From NCBI GenBank assembly GCA_012295275.1, contig CM022668.1, positions 15,934,001 through 15,998,000 of the forward strand: a stretch of 64,000 bases of DNA. Reading direction: 5' to 3'. The notes beneath the pieces are model-generated. The model had not been told where the DNA came from. It searched no databases and saw only the letters and a program-made list of their open reading frames with translations. Positions within the stretch are counted from its first letter, which is position 1. Each line of letters starts with the position of its first letter. Below, piece by piece: positions 28,245 to 41,303 of this stretch. Origin of the DNA: Chrysomallon squamiferum (lineage: Eukaryota > Animalia > Mollusca). Position numbers and translations under genes: made by a program.

Positions 28245-28746
28245 GTAAAACTCTTCTCTCTCTTTTTACTCATAACGTTTCTTTACCTAACAGAGATTTA
28301 GAATTAAGATGGTACAAGTGCTGATGTTGTTGTGTGTGTTTGTCTAACAGGGATTTCTTATTTGTTCAGCCATAAATGTTGTTCCCTGGGACCTTCTGCA
28401 TTCGTTATAATTCTGTATGTAAAACAGCTCTGAAAAAGTAAATGTTTTTTTTTTTGGGGGGATGCTGAAAGAGAGAGAGCCTGTATTTTTGTTTAATATT
28501 TCAAAAATGTATTCAAATTATTTATTTATTTATAAAAAAAACAAATAAAACAAAAGAAACATAAGTAATAATTGAGAATCTTAATTCTTTAAAATTGCCC
28601 AGTTCTGTTCATTGTCCATGTAGTTAAATACTTAATAAAATCAAGTCATAATGACCACTGAAGAAATAATTTGAACTGATAAAGATTTCTGTTTAACGTG
28701 TTTCCTCATTAACATTTTGTTCTGTGAATGAAAACGTTTACTTCAG

Positions 28747-29367
28747 GCAAAGGTCGCTATGGTGAGGTGTGGAGGGGCAAATACCACGACGAGGACGTTG
28801 CAGTGAAGATTTTCTCCTCCCGCGACGAAGCCAGCTGGATCCGCGAGACTGAAATCTACAACACCTGTCTGCTGCGTCACGAAAACGTCCTCGGCTACTA
28901 CGCCTCCGACATGACCAGCCGCAACTCCTGCACCCAGCTGTGGCTCATCACCCACTACCACAAACAGGGCTCGCTGTATGACTACCTCCAGCGCAACGTC
29001 ATCACCAAGGAGCAGATGTTGGAACTGGCGCACAGCGCTGCCGCAGGGTTGGTGCACCTGCACACGGAGATCGTCGGTAACCACGGCAAGCTGGCCATCG
29101 CCCACCGCGACATAAAGACGAAGAACATTCTCGTGAAGAAGAACGGTTCGTGCTGCATCGGTGACTTGGGTCTGGCGGTGACCCACGCGCAGGAGGACAA
29201 CCGGCTTGACTTGGGCAGGAACAACAAGGTGGGCACGAAGCGCTACATGGCACCGGAGTTGCTGAACGAGACGCTGAATCCGGACTTCTTTGACTCGTTC
29301 AAGTGCGTCGACGTTTACGCGTTCGGTCTCGTCGTGTGGGAAATTGCCAGAAGAGCAGTCACAGGAG
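28747..29367 (+). CDS. ACVR1: ACVR1-like receptor exon: Ser/Thr kinase domain core
   Basis: [37 protein letters not shown]; the L45 loop [14 protein letters not shown] is diagnostic of the ALK1/ALK2/Sax subfamily; 621 nt, phase 1/1. Confidence 0.98.
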
Positions 29368-29889
29368 GTGAGAATTTGTCAAAATGTTTTTTTTTTATCT
29401 TGATTGTTGATGTAAATAAATGCATGATGTTATTTTAATAATAATAAGAAAAAGTGGTTTATGAGGTGTGAATACATTTTTATTTAATTGTTCATTTAAA
29501 ATAAATAATGAATATTTTGAAATATTTTTAAATATAAGAATTATTGGTACAGTTGTGAAAATTATCATCATATTTTAGATTGCTGTTGGTTTTTGTTTAT
29601 ATTTTTATTACTTTTTTATAATACTTTAGCTAATTTCTGATATATATGAGTTGGTTTGCATTTCTTGGTAAACCAGTTAAGCATACTTTTTATGGTTGTG
29701 TACAATTAATATAACCCTTATTTCATAAATATCTTACAAATAATTTTACACATACACCTTCTTTCATATACACACTGAAACATTCACATCTACATGCACA
29801 CAAAGACACATACTCACAAACACATTTGATGCATGTGCTTTGCATACATCCATGGACTTATGAGCACAAGCATAAAATCACACAACACG

Positions 29890-29942
<53 letters not shown>

Positions 29943-29943
29943 T

Positions 29944-29980
<37 letters not shown>

Positions 29981-30042
29981 GTCCCCATAATACAAGAGAT
30001 TAATCTACTCTACATGATAAGTAATATAACTGGTTTCTACAG

Positions 30043-30173
30043 GTTTTGCAGAAGAATATAAAGTTCCATACTGGGACCTGGTACCAACAGATCCAAGTTT
30101 TGAAGACATGAAGAAAGTTGTTTGTGTAGATGGACAGAGACCCATTCTTCCAAACAGATGGGCATGTGATCCA
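30043..30173 (+). CDS. ACVR1: ACVR1-like receptor exon: kinase C-lobe
   Basis: (G)[43 protein letters not shown]; ctacAG acceptor, GTAAGT donor; 131 nt. Not in the ORF track. Confidence 0.96.
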
Positions 30174-30772
30174 GTAAGTAATTAACTTTATCAGTTCTAA
30201 CTGTCAACAGTGTAAATTATACAACAGAATATAAAGAGGTGAGCAAAATGACCACAGAATCACTTCAGTATGAAGTTTTTGTTACACAAATTTCAGTGAA
30301 AAGATTAAAATGACAGCTGTTGTGAAGGTTTGGTGAATAAAGAATACTTGATAATGTAAATAGAATTTTGAAATAATAGTAATAGTAATAGTAGTAGTAG
30401 TAATATTATTAATAATAACAAAAATAATAATAATAATAATTACCACAACAACAACAAAAATTATAATAGTAGTGGTACTGGTAGTGGTAGTAGCAGAACC
30501 ATGATAATTAATTATTTCAGACAGATATTTTTGTTATAAAAAGGTACTCAAATGTAGACAAATGTTAACCTGCTGAAACTGAATTGGCTGGCAACTTAAA
30601 AATGTTCATTTTAGACACAAATTTGGGAGATTAATTATTTGCATTTAGCCATCTCGTAAACAAAAAAAATAAACCAAATGGTGTTATCTCCCTTTAAAAA
30701 AAAAAAAAAAAAAAAATCACTCATTATTATCATTATTATTTATTATTTTTTTCTACTTCTTTTCTTTCACAG

Positions 30773-30955
30773 ATCATGATCAGAATGTCTAAGCTGATGA
30801 AGGAATGCTGGGCACAGAACCCGAAGGCGAGGCTATCCATGCTGCGAGTTAAAAAGACACTTCACTCAATGCTGGCAGCCAAAGAGAAGGAGAGAGAAGC
30901 AGACATAAAGATGAAGTACGACATTGAAAGTTCCTACGAGAGCTCCAAGTGCTGA
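30773..30955 (+). CDS. ACVR1: ACVR1-like receptor terminal coding exon
   Basis: IMIRMSKLMKECWAQNPKARLSMLRVKKTL (NANDOR-box region) ...ESSKC*; ttcacAG acceptor; TGA at 30953-30955. Confidence 0.95.
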   Translation: MMIRMSKLMKECWAQNPKARLSMLRVKKTLHSMLAAKEKEREADIKMKYDIESSYESSKC

Positions 30956-32810
30956 TGTAAAGAGTCTCACGAGTTATTTCTGAAACCAAAGCTTTTCCTC
31001 TCTTGAACACGACTGAAATTTACAGTTTTTCAAAACTTGACGGCCCAGGAGAAAGAAATGTTAGGAAATTCTGCTGCTGTGATTGTACACGAAATCCAGA
31101 AGATGGTGCTTTTGTCAGATGACTTTCTAGTTTTCTGCAGTTTTTTTTTTTTAAAGAAATAATTAAACTTGTAATCATATTGACAGTTTGTGTAATGAGG
31201 GACAAATGTGTCACTAGCATGTTTGGTCATTGTTTGTGATGCTTCTTGAATATTTGATTTACTGCCGTCATCAAAATTTGCTATTCTAGGTTTTAATATA
31301 GGTTTTAAACTCTAATAATAAAAATAAAAAAAGTAATAAAATAATTATATAATAATAATAATTATAATAGTAATAATGACATAAAGTGTAACTATACAGA
31401 ATTATTTTATTTGTGAAAGTTTAAATGAATTTGAAAAAAAAAAAGATTTACTTGCAGCATTTTAGATAACTTGATATTTCTTTTTCTAAGATTTATAAAC
31501 ACAAACGATTCTTTTTAGTGATAGTGACTCAATTTTTAAATATTAGAATATTTCCTATTTTATTTAATTTTTTTTTTTTTTTTTTTTATAACTTTAAGAA
31601 ATACATAAGAAAGAAAGATAAAAAAGAAAGCATCAGTATTTTTCAGACTGTGTTTGTGATAGTTTTTGCAGCAGGAAAAGGGTTATCAAATTTTTTGTCA
31701 AAATTGAAGAGCTTTAAATGGTTGAGTTTTCCAGATCTTTGTTTGCATTGACAGTGTTAGCAGAAGTTTTGCTTTTTGAAACACAAGTACCTTTTCAACA
31801 ACTGGATAACTCGTCTGAAGCTGTTTTGAGAGTTCATTGACGTCCCAAATTTCAGTAACAGAACAGTGGAATATCTGAAAGAAAATGATTATTTCAGAAC
31901 TTCTTGAGTGAGGAATAAATCATTGTTTTGGTGGGAAAACACAAAGTGAAAAAAAAAAAGAAATATAGAAGAAAGGAAAAAAGCAAGCAACAAGTAAACA
32001 AAAAAAAACCCCTAATAAATAAAAAGACTAGTGGATATCAATTTTAAAAAGCTTGTTCTGTGATTCCAGCATCATTTGAAATAGCTGAACAGACATTTTG
32101 TTTGTGAAAAGACTATTGCTCTCTCGCCTGCCAAAATAGCCATTGTATGTGAAATGGCTTGTTTACGAAATAAAACAAACAGAAACCAAAAAAGTACGAG
32201 AAACAATCATTTCATTTGTAAACTTGTTCTGTGATGCCTTCTTGTTTGAACTGACTTACAGAAAGACCAAAGTCACAACTGGACACGAGACAATTTGCTT
32301 GAGAGAGTTTTTGTTGTACCTGTTATCAAAGCATGCCTCACATGGTCTTAGTCAGCAGGTCTGTACTGTTTATCTTTGAAAGTGTTGTGACAGTGCGTGG
32401 AAAAAATAAGTTTGACGTTGCCATGATGGTGCAGTTGTTTGAGTGTTGACGTGGTATCCAAAAGGTTGCAAGTTCGAGGCCCCAGAGCTGTTACTGTGGT
32501 TCACACAGCTGCAGGAACAAACCTGACAGGATGTGATAATGGTTACACGTACTAATAAAACAGTGGAAAAAAACCTGTAACTTTAGAATGTTTTATAAAT
32601 ATTTTTTTATAAATAAGATTCATGGACACAGATGTAAAAGGCTTTAAAAATAAGTGTGTTGTGATGAAAGAAAAGAAAAACAAAATTGTGGATATTTCTA
32701 TAAAAGAGATAAAAAAAAAAAAAAAAAAAAAAATGGCTGGTACTTTGAATTGTACCAAAAGTTGTTTTTATATACATCTAAACATTACCATTGTTTGTTA
32801 AATATTTTAA

Positions 32811-32851
<41 letters not shown>

Positions 32852-33532
32852 ATCCTGCCATTTTATGTACACTTTAAGAATTGTTTTATGTATATATTGG
32901 AGAAAAATGTGTTATTTTAGCCAAAGGCCATTTTATTTATGAAGACTGATAAATTGGGCATGAACTTTAATTTATAAGACATGAAAGGTAAGGATCTGAT
33001 AAAAATAATTATTACATAATTATTATTATGTAAATTAAAATGGTCTGCTAAATGGTTTTTTTTTCGTATCAATTCCAAATATTTAAATACTTTTTAAATG
33101 CCAAAGATTTGAGTATTGGGCTCACAAATCATGAGTTAATTTTTTTTTAACCCTACAAGTTGGAGTTGTGATAGCCATTTGTGTTTTATGAAGTCATGTT
33201 TACATTTGGCTAAATTTGTTCAGGTAACACAGACACCTGTCTAAGACAAATAATGCTAATTTTCTAATAATGTTTCAAAGAAACCTGTTATCTTAATTAC
33301 AAATGATGATTTAAATATTTAATATTTTTAAAAAGAAAACCTATTCATATCATGAATTACAGGAAACACCAAATATTTTTAAATTTTTGTCTGCTGTGCA
33401 TGAACGTTTTTTTACAGTATTGGGTCAAACCTAATTCATTTATTTCACTTTATTGTCTGCTTCCAAATAAAATTAATAAATTAAAAATTAACCATTTATC
33501 AGATTTCTTTCAGTAAGAATTTTACATTCACT

Positions 33533-33546
33533 TGCACACACACACC

Positions 33547-33636
<90 letters not shown>

Positions 33637-33760
33637 CACATACAACACACTTGATTACATACAGACCAACAACACACACATACAGAAATAAATACACACA
33701 TATACAAACACAACACACATAAACTAAATACACATGCATAGACACAGACACACATTCTTT
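33533..33760. repeat. (CA)n microsatellite with degenerate tail
   Basis: Seen directly. Confidence 0.95.
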
Positions 33761-35679
33761 ACCAATCAGTTCACACAATCCAGTATCAACTGTTTCAAGT
33801 AAATAAAAAGTATTAACACACATGAGAAATAAATTGTCACACATCTAAATTAATAATACTATTAACATACTGATAACAGTCTCCAGTTATTTTTATTGGT
33901 AAAAATAATTTGTGTATTTGTTAATTTGATAGCTAATTCTGCAGATCCTGTTGTTTTGAAATTTGATTTACTTACAATAGAGCTTTTAAACTAGTCAGAT
34001 AATACTTAGTAAAACGAAAAAAAAAAATAATAATAATAAAAAAATTGTAGAAATTTTTAAAGACAGATATGAATTCTAATAATGCCAATAGTTTTACCTT
34101 GTTCTGTGTTACAGAAGTGTATTTATGGTGATGATAATTTTAAATATTTCCATGTGAATTTTTTTAAAGAGTTTTTCGTTTGATTATTTTTGCTATTTAT
34201 TTATTTATTTATTTATTTATATATTTTTGCAGTTATTCTTTAATAAAAGCCACGTGTAACAATAAAATGTTAGTCATAAGTGTACACATCAACCATTGTT
34301 CATGTTTTTGTTAAATCATTTCATACATAGAAAGATGAAAATGTCTGGACAGACTGAGTTGATAAAGCAAGTCTGTTGAGTATTCAGTGTGTCAGAGATA
34401 TTTATTCTACATTCTGTATGCAAGATATTAAGAAAAAAAAAAAAAAAAAAAGAAATATTTTGAAGTTTTATTTTCCTAGTAGTTCATTAGGTTTGTTACA
34501 ATTTTTATTATACTTTGTTATTATTAAAGATTTGAAAACATAACAATTACTTGGGATATTGTACCTCACTTTTAACAAAGAACCATTAATACAAAATGTA
34601 TCAGAAATACATCTTTTATTGAATAGCTATGTTTTTATTATGATTAATTTTTCAAAAAAAAATCTCTTTTTGCAAGACAGTTAACAAAAGTTACGATATA
34701 AATTACACACAAATGAATTTGGATCATTTATTTTATTAGATCTTCATGATCTTGGAGATATATTTAAACAATAAACAAGTAGAAAAATTCTTGGAAACGT
34801 ACAAAACAGTCTTAGGTTCTCTGAACCCCATCACAGATACACTTTTAGCAAAACACAAATAGTCTGAAGTTTATGTAAAAGTTATAAAAACTTTTTTCAA
34901 TCACCAGATAAAACTTACAGAAGAGATAATAATAAACTGTATGAAATACATACAAAAATATATTTAGATTCCCGTACAGCCATAGAAACACTTTGAATGC
35001 CTTGATGTAATCATGGCATTTAGTTGAATTAGTGTCATCTCTGTCTTGTTTTGGTATTATGCCATATTGCTAGTCACTATAGTTTTTTTTTTTCAGAAAT
35101 GATCTCGTTAAAATTTTGGTTGTATTAGTGTATTTCTTTTAGTTAAGCAGTGTCTTTAGGCTTAATAATTGTATACAGCTGGAACTTTTAGTATTTATTT
35201 ACTTTAATGTATGTTATCTTTTTATAATTTTTAATTATTTATTTTATTTTAGTTTATTATATTATTTGTTATTTGTTAGTATTTATTTATTTTATTTTAT
35301 TTTATTTTATTATTTATTAGTTATTAGTATTTATTTATTTATTTATTATTATTTTATATTATCTTTTTTATATATATATATATTTTTTTATTGTTCGTTT
35401 GGAATTTCTTGTAGAGGAATGAACAAATATTTTTAGATAAGATATAATTTTTATAAAAATACAGAATACTGGAACAATCATTTTTAACAATTATATGTAT
35501 CAAATCAAAGCATAAATAAATATTTCTTTTTGAAACTATATGTTTTAATTATGACTATTTTTTTTTTTTTTTTTTGAAATTCTTTATATGAGAGTGAAAT
35601 TTTTTTTAATATTCTTTTGCTATCGCTTTCATAAACACTTGAAATAACTCTTCATAACACACATTATCTGTGTAAATTA

Positions 35680-36060
35680 TTTCCCCTTCATTCATTATGA
35701 ATTTGAAAATTTTGTTGTTGGAAATTGACTAATCACAATACTGTATTATCATAATTCCATTGTAAATTTCTCATTTAATTCTTTTTTTTTTTTTAATTAT
35801 TATTAAGAATAAATTATTTATGAAAGCATCTTTAACAGGACTGTAATGTATTTGTAATAAAAGGATGTGTTGTTTACAATTTCTGTATCTGTTATTATGT
35901 GTCAGTGAAGTAGTCAAAGATTGTATCAGAATGTGTGCGAAACATCAGATAGAGAAATATTAAATAGGATAATAATATGTATTATCTGACAATCCTCAAA
36001 CACTGCATGTGCCATTGTATGTGTGCTTAGCCCTCGGGTATAGAAATATATATAATATCT
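35680..36060. repeat. Diverged direct repeat, left copy (right copy at ~58545-58880)
   Basis: Shared blocks cttcatt.attatga, ataattccattgtaaa, taagaataaatt, tgaaagcatcttta, tgtaataaaaggatgt, gtatagaaatat, aatcctc. Confidence 0.8.
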
Positions 36061-36203
36061 GTTATCTAATATTATTATACTATGTGACAATCCTGAAAGA
36101 TTGTGGCATTACAATGTCGTCCAGTTTTGTTATAATACCAACAACAACAACAACAAATATAAGTCATAACAGTTAAGAATCAAACATCAACAAAATTATC
36201 ATC

Positions 36204-36742
36204 TTACTCTTCCGCTCGTTGATCAGAGAACATTCGGATTGCAACGCTGGCGACGAGGTAGATGAATTCTCGTTCTTCTCGTGGTACGTGCTTCATCACT
36301 TGGACTCGAGGCATCAGGAAATTGTTTATTTCCACTTGTCCTGTCGTCCACTTCTGAAGCTGCCTCAGCGCCATGCACAGCCTGCGTGAACGTGATTCAC
36401 CCTGCCACATGGAAGTACGACTGCACTCTTTATAAAACAAACGCAGCATCAGCGTACGTAAATGATACGTTGAAAACGTTTTCACTTCGAAGTCGACTCC
36501 AAGATCGGGATGCTCTTTTCGAATGTAGTCGGCCGCTTTTTGTAAATTCTCCATGACCCGATTTTCGTTTGGGACCGTGTCTGATGACTTGGTTTTTGCG
36601 ATTTCCAGGATTCGTTTCAAGATGCGCATTACCTCTTTTCTGCAAGTTTTTCTTTCGTCATCAGACCGTGAAAGTTTTTTATCTGCGTGTTTGGTTAACG
36701 TTTTCTCAGCCTGACAAAACGTCATCTTCCACAAGCGGCCAT
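36204..36742 (-). CDS. cGAS-like receptor (cGLR/Mab-21 family), last exon: C-terminal lobe
   Basis: ttttcAG acceptor; WKMTFCQAEK (cGAS WRLSFSHIEK), CRKEVMRILK (CRKDCLKLMK), FSTYHLRT (FSSYHVKT), INNFLMP (LENYFIP); TAA at 36204. Confidence 0.93.
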
Positions 36743-37404
36743 CTGAAAATGGAAGTCAAACTGATATTTGAAAACAAACTACAATACAGTAAAATAAATA
36801 AAAACATAAATAAAGTGAAGTCCCGGATAACCGTTTTATCTTTTCCATTTACAGTTTTATTTTCTTTCTTCCTTTATTATTATTATTATTATTAGTAGTA
36901 GTAGTAGTAGTAGTACTAGTAGTAATAGAAGTAGTAGTACTAGTAGTAGTAGTAGTAGTAGTAGTAGTAGAAGTAGTAGTAGTAGTATTTCCCTGTGTAA
37001 TTTTCAAAATATTTGTTGACAGGAAACACCAAGAATGTAATATAATTCTATTCATGTAGATGCTCGAATCTAGTTATCTAGATTGTATTCACCTTCTACA
37101 AAACACCTTTATACTGTTTATTAGAAATTACGTCATTTTATGTCTGTGACGTTACAAGACGACAAGCAAAATGAGAAACAATGCTCAAAACTGAAAATGA
37201 CGCATTACTCATTGATCCTCATTTTGTGATAGCATGAACTGAAATTCCTACGTATCCGAAAGTTGTAAATAAAAAGAGCAAAACAGAGTAATATCGAAAC
37301 AATATCGAAATTAAAAACTTTTTTTTTGTTGAGGAAAGATATACTTAATCAGGTCATATAATTATAATACGCCAACAATACAGGCTTCATATATTAATAT
37401 TTAC

Positions 37405-37608
37405 TTTTCTTATTTTTGGTAACAACATGGAACCCTTTCTCTTTTATCTTGTTAGATTCTTCTTTCTCGAGACAGTCCAATGAGTCTACATGATCCGGCC
37501 ATTTTGGTACCGCTAGAGCAGGCACAATATCCATATCAAAATGTTCACCTTTATCAGGATCGCTGTAACTCACGCCGAAACTAGGGGATTTGACATATTT
37601 GTCTTGTC
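37405..37608 (-). CDS. cGLR exon with the third catalytic Asp
   Basis: atacAG acceptor, A|GTAAAT donor, 204 nt, phase 1/1; RQDKYVKSPSFGVSYSDPDKGEHFDMDIVPALAVPKWP...GFHVVTK. Not in the ORF track. Confidence 0.92.
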
Positions 37609-38005
37609 CTGTATTGAATACATCAAAAGAAAAGAAAAAAAGAAAAGAAAATTAGGGAGAGGGAAAGAGAAGGAAATAACGATATTAAAGCAACCATGTG
37701 AACTAGTTTAAAAAAAAACGTGATGCACATTCAACTCGCAATTAATCGTGACATTTCGGAAATTATTGTATATAACAAAAAAGAAATAGATCAGACAAGC
37801 AATAAATCTATAATAAAAAACAGGACGACAAATACACATTTACGGAAAGTAAAATAAACCAATCTATAATCATGCACTGCATTTAATTTTATGCATCTAT
37901 TATGTAGATAAAAATATATATTCAAACATCAGGGAGGCAGGCATAAAGAAAGACGACCAGACAGACAGACGAATGAAATAATAACTTCTAGATTAAACAG
38001 CTTAC

Positions 38006-38237
38006 GTTTCCACTTTGAAAACTCTGGCAGTTTCATTATACTCTGCAAATGGTGAAAAACGTATTCCCGAAATTTGGCTGCACTTAAATACTTTCCGTCC
38101 AGAATGTCAACTTGCTGAGACTGCTGGACGCTGTCGGCGGCGATGTAACAGAAGCCGTCAGGCGCGTCTGCGTAGTGTGCCTTTATATTCCGTATGTCGG
38201 GGATCAACAAACAGTCACTTTCATCAGCGTACTTGAC
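38006..38237 (-). CDS. cGLR exon with the E-x-D catalytic motif
   Basis: ggcAG acceptor, C|GTAAG donor, 232 nt; VKYADESDCLL (cGAS ISAPNEFDVMF) ...GKYLSAAKFREY (cGAS ILSASKMLSKF). Confidence 0.92.
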
Positions 38238-38368
38238 CTGCCAAATAAAACAAAATAATATGTAATTACTTTTCATCTTGTGGTGCAGTTTTGAAATGAA
38301 CATTTGTACACGGATGATCGTTTGGAGGCAGGATTTTAAAACAAATCATTTACACTGATCTAAAGAAA

Positions 38369-38401
<33 letters not shown>

Positions 38402-38571
38402 TTTTTTTTTTTTTTTTTTTTTTATTATTACCATCAGTTCTTTTTCCTGGAGAAAACAAAAAAAAAAAAAAAAAAACCGAAAGGAAATAAAGAATAACAA
38501 CAGCAATAACAATACTAGTATTAACAACAAAAAGAAAAAAGAAACAAGAAGAGAAAGACAACTGAAGAATA

Positions 38572-38603
<32 letters not shown>

Positions 38604-38735
38604 ACTAAAAATAATGGTCAGTCTATTTCTAAATATGTTTTTTTTTTTTCTAAAATTTATACAATTAGAAGTGAAGTTTAATGAATTCACAAACTGTTCG
38701 ACTGTTACAAATTATGAAACAACTGCCGTACTAAC

Positions 38736-39821
38736 CTTTGTTCCATCGTAGTACGAACCGTCGTTAAGGTAGCTCCATTTAAAAGGTGTTCTTCTGTTCA
38801 GTTCCGTCAGCATGCGATCCTTAAATTCACCAAAGGCGTTTGAAGCTTTTTCCATCCCTCTTCTCCGGAGACGGACTTCTTCGACAAAAAATTTATTCAG
38901 TTCTGTTTCGTTTCTTGGCAGTCGCTTGACCTCGCCGTCCTTCATCATCTTGTGGACAATCTGCTCAAGCTGACGAATCCGACCTTCCGTGATTTCATTT
39001 TCTTTTTTCAGCTTCTGTTTAACAGGTGTTTTAGATCCTCTGCCTGGTGGATGAGTTGAGGATGTTTTATCTGCAGCTGCAGAATGTGTTTTCACTGCGT
39101 CGCTTCCTTTTTTGAACTCCGACGACTGTGGTGGTCCCCTTTCAAAATATCTCTTAGGTCTTGTGTCAGATGATGACGCTGCAGAGGTTTCATCCGTACT
39201 TGCAGTTCCTTTTTTAAAAAACTCTTCAGACGATTGTCGTCTTGTTTTGTGATATGTTTTAGATCCTGAATTTCCGTCACTTTCCTTTTTGAACTCTTTA
39301 GGAGTTTGTTGTCTCATTACAGAATGGGTTTTATATCCTGAATTTACTTCTGGTTTATAACTTTTGTTTCTGAACTCGCCAGAAGACTGTGGTCTGCTTT
39401 TAGTAACAGTTTTATGTCCTGAATGTCCGTGTGGTGTACCACTTTCTTTTCTAAATTCTTCAGACGACTGTCGTCTACTTTTACAATACGGTTTAGACGC
39501 TGAATTTACTTCTGGAGTATGACTTTCCCATTTAAACTCTTTAGAAGACTGTTGTCTCACTCTATGACATGTCTGAGGTCGCGGATTTACTTCTGGTCTA
39601 TCATTTTCCTTTCTAAACGACTGTGACGACTGTGGTCTGCTTTTAGTATGCGCCGAATGCGCTGAATGTACAGCTGGTGTATCAGGTTCGTTCAGCAACG
39701 GTCCTGTTTTAGTAGATCTTTGAGAATCTGTCTTTGATGGATAAGATGATCTTCTCGCAGTTGAAGAATTTACCCATGATCTTTGTTTATTAGGTGTTTG
39801 AGAACCTCTACGGTGTGACAT
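38736..39821 (-). CDS. cGLR first coding exon: long basic Ser-rich disordered N-terminus, spine helix and GSYY motif (spliced protein 686 aa)
   Basis: ORF 39821-38712 spliced at AAG|GTTAGT after YLNDGSYYDGTK; exons sum to 1086+232+204+539=2061 nt, i.e. 686 aa plus stop; an acceptor at 39985 suggests the exon starts at 39984. Confidence 0.9.
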
Positions 39822-40830
39822 TTTTTCAATCTTTTTTTGATTTTTTTGATTTTTTTGGCTACGTGTTTGGTGTTTTCAGATCCCAGATTTGATGACGATG
39901 TTGCGAAACGTCGTGGATGTAGCGACTTTTTTTCGTCTGACAATCACCTTCGACTCGATGAGCTATCTTGATGAGGTCAGAAACCTGAAATTTGTTTTTA
40001 AAGTGTCACTCTTCAAATAAATATCATCTATAAATGTGAAGGTTTTGAAACTCATCAACTACAGTCTCATCCAGTTTATAACAAGAAAAAAAAAAAAAAG
40101 AAAGAAAAAAATCAGTCCCTAATTCATGAACACTATGAATTTAAACGACAGAAACTAAATATTTAAGGCCACATTTTCGAAAATAATTATTTTACTTAAA
40201 TGCATAATGTTTCCATCTGTGTGTATTGACTACAATCCACATGTGACAAAATTACAAATGACACTGTTTTAGTTAAGTAGCACGAACACGTGCTCTACAA
40301 TATTTGTGATATAAAAAATATCTAAACGTTTTACAAAACACAAAACCACTACATATACATGCATATAGATCTTGAAGACGAGAAGCAAAAATACAACAGT
40401 AAATACATAAATAGATAGAAATATTATCATAAATCAGGAATAAAACATCAGTTAACAAATATTATGTATGAATGGATAGGCACCTGCTTAATTTGGTTTA
40501 TCAACGTGTTTTTCTGTAGTGTATGTTTCATGTCATTTCCAGGCAGGAATTTCTGGTTCATCTTAAACCATTTCAGTTCTAATACCATTGCGAATTTATT
40601 ACAGAATTCCACTCAGCTAAACTGTTACTAAATTGAAGTTCTTAATTTTTTATTTTATTTAAATATAAAATGGCCTAGAAAAAATAATTATATAATAAAG
40701 ATTGTCTGCTATTACCAATTTGTACTACCACCTCAGTTTTCAGTTATTTCTATCCTAAAACTATTAACTGTATCAAAAGCAGAACGACTCAATTTTTAAA
40801 AATACGCCATGGTGTTGAAATGATTCGCAG

Positions 40831-40872
<42 letters not shown>

Positions 40873-41250
40873 GTGTAACTAAACAGTAATATATACATAT
40901 AATCTTTTTGCCTTTTAAGCCGTTTTACACGAAAGTATCATTTACGAGCGATAATCATGAGAAGTTGTTATTTTCGAAATATGACTCAGTTTGTACGAGT
41001 ACAAAGAAACTAAAATAATAATTTTATCTCATTACGCACATATACGAACACGCACTTGATTTCAGCTGTTTGACCTTGTCAAAAAATGTATTAATATTTA
41101 AATCTTTTTATGAACTTCAACGCATTTATTAAACACTGAATTAAAAATACATTTGATGTCAAAAAGCGATGTGAGAATAAGCATAATAGTAAACGCCTCT
41201 TTTTTTATTATTATTTTTTTTTTTTTTTTTTCGTTCGTTTGATTAACTTA

Positions 41251-41303
<53 letters not shown>

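Noticed and set aside
28743-29253. Minus-strand ORFs over the kinase exon
   Set aside because: Antisense shadows of a GC-rich coding exon with no independent motifs.
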